Source: an uncultured archaeon (GTDB taxonomy: Archaea; Iainarchaeota; Iainarchaeia; Iainarchaeales; DATDZZ01). From it: a stretch of DNA of 32,000 bases. Shown one piece after another: positions 1 through 7,399 of this stretch. Positions within the stretch are counted from its first letter, which is position 1, and every line of letters starts with the position of its first letter. The notes under the pieces were generated by a model. It worked only from the letters and a program-made list of their open reading frames with translations, was not told the origin of the DNA and ran no database searches. The stretch covers positions 131,537 through 163,536 of the forward strand of contig CAYJVY010000001.1 in NCBI GenBank assembly GCA_964373795.1. The letters are read 5' to 3'. The translations under genes were made by a program, and so were the position numbers.

Positions 1-130
1 CTTGGATTTTTTGAATTCAATTCTGCAAGCAGAAAAATTTAAGTCTTGCCTAGTTTCTGGAAGCAAGGTTTTCTTAGAATATAATGGAGTTCAATTTCTT
101 GCAGGCATTAATTTAATTTTAATGAAGCAA

Positions 131-406
131 GTGCAGTTCAGCCGGCGAGGCTGAGTGCCCACGTGGGCATCGCGCTTGCCGCGCGAGACGGCAGCTGAAG
201 GGTCACGTGACCCCTCGTGCTCGACGCACGAGACGTCGCAGCCGGCGAGGCTGAAGCTAAAGCCAATGAAGCTGAGCCAAGTGGTGGGTGTGAGTCAACA
301 GTCAGCGGAGCTGAGGCAGGCGGCGAACATGAAGCCAGTGAGGTTGACTCGTGTTCATTGTGTGCAACCGCAGTTGAGTGCCTTCGAATCATTTTGGTTA
401 GTCGCG
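131..406 (+). ncRNA. GC-rich structured element, unclassified candidate non-coding RNA
   Basis: This is the only stretch in the window with G+C far above background. It carries consecutive perfect hairpins at 138-154, 156-169, 171-185, 200-213, 214-232, 239-253 and 292-350. The plus strand is G/purine-rich. All three overlapping track ORFs translate to low-complexity A/S/G/R-rich sequence. Boundaries and strand are approximate. Confidence 0.35.
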
Positions 407-499
407 TTATTTTCTGAGTTAATCTCCATTAAAATGAAATAACTTCATAATCCCTTTCTTTTAGTATCAAAAGGTTTATTAACACTAAAATAAAGAATA

Positions 500-1435
500 A
501 TGTTGGATTTGACTATTATGTGTTTTAAGGCAAAGATATTATTTGTTTTATTTTTAATATTGTTTTGTAATACTTTTTTTGCAGAACCTACAAAGGTAAA
601 AGTTGGAAGCTATATTTTGAATGTTGGAAATTTTGATCCTGCTTTAGGAACTTATGATTTGTCCTTCTATGTTTGGGTCAAATGGGATAAGGACATTAAT
701 GGCTTTACTGCTGAAAATTTTGAATTAATGAATGCAAAAAATATGTCGCTTGAACTAATTGAAGAACTTCCCGGCTACAAATTTTATAGTGGTCAGGGGA
801 CTTTTTTCCAAAAAATTGATATGGCAAATTTTCCTTTTGATTCGCATGAAATTTCACTTGAATTAGAAGACAAATTATATGATGTAACCAAGTTAGTTTA
901 TGTTCCTGACACTAATTGGCTTTCCTCAGAGAACCCAGATATTGCAGTACTTGGATGGAAAAATAATGGCGCAAAAATAGAGTTTGTTGAAAGATATTAT
1001 GACACTTGGAACACTACATATTCAAGGTATATTCACAAAATCAATGTCTCAAGGCCTTTAATTGATTCACTAAAAGTTTTTCTGCCAATAATTTTTCTTT
1101 CATTGTTGGGATTTTTTACATTTCTTATAAACATTCGAAAATTTTCAGAAAGACTTTCAATGTCAGTTTTTACTTTCATGGCTGCTATTGCCTATCAAAT
1201 ACAAGTGAATGTAACAATTCCTCCATTGGGGTTTTTCACGATTGCAGACAAGGCAATGATTGCAATTTATGCAGGCCTTTTGTTTGCAACGATTTACACA
1301 ATTTATATACAATGGTATGAGGAGAAAAACAAAGAGGCAGTCGCTAGTAGGACAAACAAATTCGTGATATCATTTTATTTCATTTTCCAGCTGTTAGTAT
1401 TCTTAGTAATATTTGTTTTGGATTATCTATTTTGA
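500..1435 (+). CDS. Prokaryotic pentameric ligand-gated ion channel (Cys-loop receptor family) homologue
   Basis: An N-terminal signal/anchor is followed by a ~190-aa beta-rich ectodomain with the family signatures VKVGSYILNVGNFDPALGTYDLSFYVWVKWDK and FPFDSHEISLELE. An RP motif then precedes M1, and there are four C-terminal TM helices (M1-M3, loop, M4). Confidence 0.65.
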   Translation: MLDLTIMCFKAKILFVLFLILFCNTFFAEPTKVKVGSYILNVGNFDPALGTYDLSFYVWVKWDKDINGFTAENFELMNAKNMSLELIEELPGYKFYSGQGTFFQKIDMANFPFDSHEISLELEDKLYDVTKLVYVPDTNWLSSENPDIAVLGWKNNGAKIEFVERYYDTWNTTYSRYIHKINVSRPLIDSLKVFLPIIFLSLLGFFTFLINIRKFSERLSMSVFTFMAAIAYQIQVNVTIPPLGFFTIADKAMIAIYAGLLFATIYTIYIQWYEEKNKEAVASRTNKFVISFYFIFQLLVFLVIFVLDYLF

Positions 1436-1613
1436 GTAAACAAAAGGATTGCTTTGCTTGTAGCATAAGGCGTTTCGAGAATTGTATCAGAGTTTATTTA
1501 AAAGCTTTTAATTGCATTATTTCTGTGTTAGAAATTGAAAAACTGAACACAAAGCTTTTTATATTAAAATGAATACATGTTATGTAATTCATATGTTTTT
1601 TTGGTGAAATGAA

Positions 1614-3131
1614 TTGAAGATTGTTACTTTAAATCCGCCTTTTTTTGAAAAGTTTTCCAAGGATTCTAGGAGTCCAGGTGTATCAAAAGGAGGCTGTGTT
1701 TATTATCCTATTTGGCTTGGATATTGCACTGGATTACTTGAAAAGCAAGGACATGAAGTGAAATTAATTGATTCCCCTGCTGAAGGAATGAATTTAGAAA
1801 AATGTTTGCAAATTGTTAAAGAATTTAATCCTAGAATGATTGTAGTGCAAACAGTTACTGCAAGTTTTAATAATGACATAATGGTTGTAGAAGAATTAAA
1901 GAAAATCTTGCCAAATGTTTTCATTGCATTAGTTGGAGATCATACTAGTGCAGTGCCAATTGAGTCTCTTAAAGCAAGTAAATTTGTTGACTGTGTAACA
2001 ATTCAAGAATTTGATTTCACTGTAAGAGATATTGCAATTGCTTTAGAGCAAGGAAAAGATATCTCTACTGTTAGAGGAATTGTTTATAGAAAAATTAATT
2101 CAGATGTATTAGAAGAATTCAAGTTTACTTTGCCTCGCGAATTAATTTCAGGCCAAGACTTAGATGAATTTCCATTTGTTTCAGATGTTTATAAAAGACA
2201 TTTAACAATTGAAAACTATTTTTATCCTTCAGTGTTATATCCTGAAGTAACAATTATTACTGGCCGTGGATGCAAATACAGATGTACGTTTTGTAAATGG
2301 CCGCAGACTTTGACAATGCATGAATATAGAGCTAGGTCAGTGAAAAATGTGGTAGATGAATTTGAATGGATTGAAAAAAATTTGCCTCAAGTAAAAGACA
2401 TTATGATTGAAGATGATACTTTAACTCAAGACAAGACTAGAACAATTGAGTTATGTAAAGAAGTTGTTGCAAGAGGGTTGAAAATTCCTTGGACTTGTAA
2501 TTCCAGAGCAGACATTGATTTAGAGACAATGGAGTGGATGAAGAAAGCTAATTGTAGATTAATGTGTGTTGGATTTGAATCAGCTGATCAACAAATTTTA
2601 AACAATATTAAGAAGGGAACAATGATTCCAAAAATAAAGCAATTTGTTGTAGATGCAAAAAAAGCAGGAATATTAATTCATGGGTGTTTCATGCTTGGAA
2701 ATAAAGGTGAAACAAAGGAAACAATTAAGAAAACAGTTGCAATGGCTAAAGAATTAGATCCTGATACAGCTCAATTTTTTCCAATAATGGTTTATCCTGG
2801 AACAGAGGCATATAAATGGGCTGAAGAAAATAATTTCCTGAAAACAAAGGATTGGAGTAAATGGTTATTGCCTGATGGAACTCACAATTCAATTGTTTCA
2901 ACAGACAAATTAACTTCAGAAGAACTAGTAAGAGAATGCGATAAAGCAAGAATTGCATTTTATTTAAGGCCTGCATTTATTTTCAGAAAATTAAATCAAG
3001 TAATAAAAAATCCTTTAAAAGAATTCCCTAGATTTGTTATTTCAACTTGGATTTTCTCTAAGTACTTGGCAAAAGAAGTAAAAGAAACCATTTTTCCAAC
3101 TCCTTCCAGCAAAACAACTCTTTCAGCTTAA
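1614..3131 (+). CDS. B12-binding-domain radical SAM enzyme (class B, HpnJ-like architecture)
   Basis: It has the CX3CX2C cluster motif GRGCKYRCTFCKW. The N-terminal cobalamin-binding-type domain (LNPPFFEKF...YYPIWLGY...LIDSPAEG, EFDFTVRDIA) resembles HpnJ-type enzymes. A TTG start lies 6 nt after GGTGA. Confidence 0.8.
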   Translation: MKIVTLNPPFFEKFSKDSRSPGVSKGGCVYYPIWLGYCTGLLEKQGHEVKLIDSPAEGMNLEKCLQIVKEFNPRMIVVQTVTASFNNDIMVVEELKKILPNVFIALVGDHTSAVPIESLKASKFVDCVTIQEFDFTVRDIAIALEQGKDISTVRGIVYRKINSDVLEEFKFTLPRELISGQDLDEFPFVSDVYKRHLTIENYFYPSVLYPEVTIITGRGCKYRCTFCKWPQTLTMHEYRARSVKNVVDEFEWIEKNLPQVKDIMIEDDTLTQDKTRTIELCKEVVARGLKIPWTCNSRADIDLETMEWMKKANCRLMCVGFESADQQILNNIKKGTMIPKIKQFVVDAKKAGILIHGCFMLGNKGETKETIKKTVAMAKELDPDTAQFFPIMVYPGTEAYKWAEENNFLKTKDWSKWLLPDGTHNSIVSTDKLTSEELVRECDKARIAFYLRPAFIFRKLNQVIKNPLKEFPRFVISTWIFSKYLAKEVKETIFPTPSSKTTLSA

Positions 3132-3212
3132 ATTCAAACAAATTTCTAATTATTAACTTTAGATCTTTTATTTGTTTTCTAATTTAAAAAAATTTCTTTA
3201 ATGACATTTGTG

Positions 3213-4025
3213 TTATACCCCTTTTCTTAGAATAATTTTTTGTCCTCTTTTTACTTCAAATTTTTCTGCAAAATTTCCAAGGTTAACTGCTATTTCAATT
3301 CCGTCAAAATCATCATCTAAAATAACTAGTTCTCCTTTTGAAACCTCTCCAAAAGTTTTCTTATAATTTAATTCAAGCTTTAATTCATTAATTTCTGCAA
3401 TGATTTTATCTCCTAGTTTAGCAAATTCATGAAAATCTTTTTGCAAAACATTTACAAAAGCGTTCCCCTCGGCATTGACGTCGATAATTGTGCAAGCAAT
3501 TTTTTTTCCATTACTTTTAATGTTTTCATAAGGAGCTTTAACTAGCTCTTGCGGATTGAGTTTTCTTCCAAATTCTTGAATTTTTTTTCCATTAGCTAGA
3601 TGTGCTGCTGCTGGCATGAATACATCTCTTCCATGAAAAATATTTGAAACAGGTTGATTCATTAATTTAGGGTTTTCTAAAGCATGAACTTTAACAATTC
3701 CTCCTAAAAAGTTTGCAGCAGGAATTAAAACTCCGTTATCAGGGCCAATTAAATAATCTCCTCGATTTGTTTGAATTACAATTCCTTTTCTTGAAGTTCC
3801 AACTCCTGGATCTACAACGCATACATGGCATCCAATAGGCAACCATTTAATTGCTTCAAAGACTTTTGCTCCGGCAACAATATCAAATGGAGGAATATTA
3901 GTACTCAATTCTATTACTCTAGCTTTTGGGCAAATCTTGAATGCAATTCCTTGCATTGCTCCATGGCCTTTATTTCCAGAGCCAAAATCAGTTGAAAAAC
4001 TAATGAAAGGATTTTTTGTTTTCAT
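3213..4025 (-). CDS. S-adenosyl-L-methionine hydrolase (adenosine-forming), DUF62 / SAM hydroxide adenosyltransferase family
   Basis: It carries the family motifs STDFG, VVDPGVGT, GPDNGV and FHGRDVF. Its 270-aa length is typical. Confidence 0.8.
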   Translation of the reverse strand: MKTKNPFISFSTDFGSGNKGHGAMQGIAFKICPKARVIELSTNIPPFDIVAGAKVFEAIKWLPIGCHVCVVDPGVGTSRKGIVIQTNRGDYLIGPDNGVLIPAANFLGGIVKVHALENPKLMNQPVSNIFHGRDVFMPAAAHLANGKKIQEFGRKLNPQELVKAPYENIKSNGKKIACTIIDVNAEGNAFVNVLQKDFHEFAKLGDKIIAEINELKLELNYKKTFGEVSKGELVILDDDFDGIEIAVNLGNFAEKFEVKRGQKIILRKGV

Positions 4026-4125
4026 ATAATATTTTTAGTGTATTATTAATTTAAAGTCTTTTTTAAGCAAAAGGTTATAAATTTCTTTTCCTTAATATTT
4101 TAACACAATTTAAGGTGGAATTTTT

Positions 4126-5355
4126 TTGGCTGTAAATGTTGTTTCAATTCTTTTATTTATTGGATCAATTGTTTTCATTGGATACATTGGGCATTTAATT
4201 TTTCAAAAATTTAGGATTCCAGACAGCTTGATTTTAATTTTAATTGGATTACTTGTTGGTCCATTTTTTCATGTATTGGATGCAAATTCAATTGAATTAT
4301 TTAAAGGAGTTACTCCCTTGCTTGCAACCCTTACTTTAATAATTCTTTTATTTGAAGGAGGCATGAATCTAAATTTTTATTATTTTTTGCAAAACCTTGG
4401 AAAAAGCAGTGGGTTTACTTTACTTGTATTTCTTTTAACTTTAATTTTTTCTGCAATTTTTTTTACTTTGCTCGGATGGAACCCAATTATTGCTGTAATG
4501 ATTGGAGGAATGATTTCAGGAACCTCTTCAGCATTAATTGCAGTAATTAATAGCACTAACGCTAAAAGTGATTCAAAGATTTTGCTTAACTTGGAAGGAA
4601 TTTTAACTGATGCTTTTTCAGCTGTAATTGTTTTAACTGCAATTGAATTGTTTTTAGCGAAAAGCATTAATTTTTCTGAAATATTTCAATCAATTCTTGG
4701 AAGTTTTTCAATTGCTGCAGTAATTGCTTTTGTTATAGGAATTGCATGGTTAAAGGTTTTAGAAAAAATTGTTTCAAAAGAACACGCTTTTATAATGACT
4801 TTTGGAATAACCCTAATAACTTACGCTTTTGTTGAATTCTCTAAAGGTTCTGGAGCAATTGCTGCTTTAGTGTTTGGACTAGTTTTAGGGAATGGAAAAG
4901 AAATTGCCCACATGCTTAGAATTAAATCGAAAGATTTAAGCGTGAATGTAAAACTTTTTCAAGCAGAGCTTTCATTTTTTATTCGAACATTTTTCTTTGT
5001 TAATTTAGGAATTATTTTTGATTTAAATCTTTTAACTCTTGAAACGCTTTTAATTGTTTTAGGAGTTTTAGTTTTAATGTTTATTGCAAGAGTAATTGGT
5101 TCAAAGGTTTTAATTAGAGTTGTAAAAGACTATAAAGAAGATGAATTATTAATTCAATCAATTATTGCAAAAGGAATGGCTGCAGCCGCATTAGCAACTT
5201 ATCCTATTTCCATTAATCTTCCAATTGGGGATTTTGCTTCAAAAATTATTTCAATTATTTCCTTGCTAATAATTTTTACAAATATTTTTAGCTTCATCGG
5301 AATTTATTTATACGAAAAAGGCAAGAAAGCAAAATCCTTGCAGGAAACAAAATAA
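4126..5355 (+). CDS. Cation:proton antiporter (Na+/H+ exchanger family)
   Basis: This is a ~12-TM polytopic protein with Na_H_exchanger-like segments (LLFEGGMNLN, EGILTDAFSAV). A TTG start lies 7 nt after AGGTGG. Confidence 0.65.
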   Translation: MAVNVVSILLFIGSIVFIGYIGHLIFQKFRIPDSLILILIGLLVGPFFHVLDANSIELFKGVTPLLATLTLIILLFEGGMNLNFYYFLQNLGKSSGFTLLVFLLTLIFSAIFFTLLGWNPIIAVMIGGMISGTSSALIAVINSTNAKSDSKILLNLEGILTDAFSAVIVLTAIELFLAKSINFSEIFQSILGSFSIAAVIAFVIGIAWLKVLEKIVSKEHAFIMTFGITLITYAFVEFSKGSGAIAALVFGLVLGNGKEIAHMLRIKSKDLSVNVKLFQAELSFFIRTFFFVNLGIIFDLNLLTLETLLIVLGVLVLMFIARVIGSKVLIRVVKDYKEDELLIQSIIAKGMAAAALATYPISINLPIGDFASKIISIISLLIIFTNIFSFIGIYLYEKGKKAKSLQETK

Positions 5356-5375
5356 TTTTTTTAAAGGAATTTAAA

Positions 5376-6092
5376 ATGCAGGAACTAGAATTGCCTTTAA
5401 TTGAAGTGATTCAAGAAACTCCTTCAATCAAGAGTTTTAAATTTTCTTTGCAAGGCCGGAAACTAAGTTTCAATCCAGGGCAATACATGATAATGGATTT
5501 AAAGGTTGCAGATCCAAAAGGCAATACACGTTTGTTTTCAATTTCCTCTGCTCCTTTAGAAAATTTTTTAATGTTTTCAACTAAAATCTCTGACTCAAAT
5601 TTCAAGCAAAAACTTAATTCATTAAAAATTGGAGAAAAAGTTAAATTGCAAGGCCCTTTAGGAAGATTCACCTTGCAAGAAGACATTTTTAAAAAAACTG
5701 TAATGATTGCAGGAGGCATTGGAATAACTCCTTTTAGATCAATGATTAAATTTGCTTTAAATTCAGTTCCTGGATTAAAAATTGTTTTACTTTACTCTAA
5801 TAAAACTCCGGATGAGATTGCTTTCAAAAAAGAATTTGAAGAACTGGCTTCCACGCATGCAGAAAACTTTTCTTTAGTTAACACTATTACTCAACCAGAA
5901 GAAGCCCTTGAATGGATTGGAAGAATTGGCAGAATAGACGAAACCTTAATTAAAGAATTTGTTGAAGACTTAAACGAAGCAATTTTCTATGTTTGTGGTC
6001 CTCCAAAAATGGTTGAAGCAATGGTTTCACTTTTAAAAGAAATGCAAATTCCTTCAACAAACATTAAATTTGAAAAATTCGTTGGATATTAA
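5376..6092 (+). CDS. FNR-like FAD/NAD(P)-binding oxidoreductase
   Basis: It has the FAD-binding motif RLFSISS, the NAD-binding motif GGIGITPF and a C-terminal YVCGPPKM, which is the ferredoxin-reductase-type fold pattern. Confidence 0.7.
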   Translation: MQELELPLIEVIQETPSIKSFKFSLQGRKLSFNPGQYMIMDLKVADPKGNTRLFSISSAPLENFLMFSTKISDSNFKQKLNSLKIGEKVKLQGPLGRFTLQEDIFKKTVMIAGGIGITPFRSMIKFALNSVPGLKIVLLYSNKTPDEIAFKKEFEELASTHAENFSLVNTITQPEEALEWIGRIGRIDETLIKEFVEDLNEAIFYVCGPPKMVEAMVSLLKEMQIPSTNIKFEKFVGY

Positions 6093-6115
6093 TTTCTTTT
6101 AATGTAAAAATATTT

Positions 6116-6766
6116 ATGGAATCAAAGTTACAGCTGAGAATTAAAAAAATTCTGGAATTGCTTAAACCTTTATACAAAAAAGATACTGCTTTAAAGTTTT
6201 CAACTCCATGGGAATTTGTTGTAGCAGTAATTCTTTCCGCGCAATGCACTGATGTTCGCGTAAACCAAGTTACAACCAAGCTATTCAAGAAATATAATTC
6301 ATTGGAGGATTATTGCCTTGCTTCTCAAAAAGAATTTGAGAAAGACATTTATTCAACAGGCTTTTATAGAAATAAAGCTAAAAATATTCTTGCAAGCGCA
6401 AAAAAAATTCGAAACGAATTTAAAGGAAGAATTCCTTCTACAATGCAAGAACTTTTAACCTTGCATGGAGTTTCAAGGAAATCAGCTAACGTAATTCTTT
6501 CAAAGCTTTTTGGCAAAATAGAAGGAGTAGTAGTTGACACTCATGTAAAACGTTTAACGCAAAGACTTGGATTAACTCAATTCATTGTTCCAGAAAAAAT
6601 AGAGCAAGACTTAATGCAATTAACTCCGCGCAAAGATTGGTGGAATTTAAGCAATTTATTGATTTGGCATGGAAGAGCAATTTGTCAAGCAAGAAAACCT
6701 AAATGCAGTGAATGCATTTTGAATTCTTTTTGTCCTTCAGCTTTTCATAGTCAAATTCGCCAATGA
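6116..6766 (+). CDS. nth: Endonuclease III (DNA glycosylase/AP lyase)
   Basis: It has a helix-hairpin-helix (LLTLHGVSRKSANVIL), a catalytic-region VDTHV motif and a C-terminal 4Fe-4S motif CX6CX2CX5C (CQARKPKCSECILNSFC). Confidence 0.9.
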   Translation: MESKLQLRIKKILELLKPLYKKDTALKFSTPWEFVVAVILSAQCTDVRVNQVTTKLFKKYNSLEDYCLASQKEFEKDIYSTGFYRNKAKNILASAKKIRNEFKGRIPSTMQELLTLHGVSRKSANVILSKLFGKIEGVVVDTHVKRLTQRLGLTQFIVPEKIEQDLMQLTPRKDWWNLSNLLIWHGRAICQARKPKCSECILNSFCPSAFHSQIRQ

Positions 6767-6857
6767 TTATTTTGTTGGAAAAACATTGGATACAGGCAGG
6801 CATTAACGACTTTGGATTGCAAAAATATTTTACTGGCGCAAACTATTCCACAAAAGA

Positions 6858-7388
6858 CTAAACAATGATTGCCTTCCACAGAAGCAACAAGATCATAAAC
6901 TTTGAGAGAAAAACCACAATGAATAATTGAGGCAAGTTTATTTTTCCAAATGACATCAATGCAAGGGCTATTTCATCAGGAACTGGCATGCCAAATGCAA
7001 AAAATCCCAGAACCGGAAATGCTACTGATAGCTTAGCGAAATTACAGTGAAGCTTTTCCATAATTTTCTCAGTGTTTTTCTCCAAAGTCTTCCTTACAAC
7101 CGAGAAAAGGAGACAATCAACACAAGCAGCAACAAGTGCAGCAACTAAAGCAAAAAAAATAGCGTTCCCACTTTGCATTAGCTCCAATATAACAGCCATT
7201 GAAAAAGGTGTTGTTATGCCGAATGTATAAAAAGCTCCAGCAACAGCAGAACCAATCAATCCAAACCCAAGAAGATATTTTGAAACAATTCTGTCAAGAC
7301 CAAATAACACTAAGACCAAGCTCACAGCAATAAATATTATTGATAGAAGAATTCTTAATTCTAGAGAAAACTTTTTTGATAAAAGCAT
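6858..7388 (-). CDS. Hypothetical small integral membrane protein
   Basis: This 176-aa ORF has 4-5 predicted hydrophobic helices. I recognise no family. Confidence 0.5.
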   Translation of the reverse strand: MLLSKKFSLELRILLSIIFIAVSLVLVLFGLDRIVSKYLLGFGLIGSAVAGAFYTFGITTPFSMAVILELMQSGNAIFFALVAALVAACVDCLLFSVVRKTLEKNTEKIMEKLHCNFAKLSVAFPVLGFFAFGMPVPDEIALALMSFGKINLPQLFIVVFLSKFMILLLLWKAIIV

Positions 7389-7399
7389 TAAATCGCCTA

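Noticed and set aside
1-42. Possible 3' end of a plus-strand CDS (...LGFFEFNSASRKI*) cut by the window edge.
   Set aside because: Only 13 codons are visible, which is too short to support. The sequence up to 130 also contains loose GAAGCAAG/TGCAAGCAG repeats of unclear meaning.
139-254. Diversity-generating-retroelement TR/VR pair suggested by the duplicated 16-mer.
   Set aside because: Identity ends after 16-17 nt. There is no extended A-specific mismatch pattern, no reverse transcriptase in the window and no target gene 3' end.
131-406. Assigning the GC island to SRP RNA, RNase P RNA, a tRNA or a C/D or H/ACA sRNA.
   Set aside because: I could not find the SRP helix-8 AGG/GNAR/AGCA motif. 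CAGGCGGCGAACAUGAAGCC is only a loose resemblance. There is no GGAAAGUCC or ACAGAA..GGCUUA for RNase P. The T-loop-like GCCTTCGAATC at 381-391 has no complementary T-stem. There is no RUGAUGA C box and no ACA box following a hairpin. A covariance-model search is still needed, so none of these is excluded.
138-442. Three overlapping track ORFs in the GC-rich island: 138-392 on the minus strand, and 155-442 and 217-417 on the plus strand.
   Set aside because: They overlap each other on both strands. They translate to low-complexity A/S/G/R/P-rich sequence with no recognisable domain, and they have no SD or start context. Long open frames are expected by chance in stop-codon-poor GC-rich DNA.
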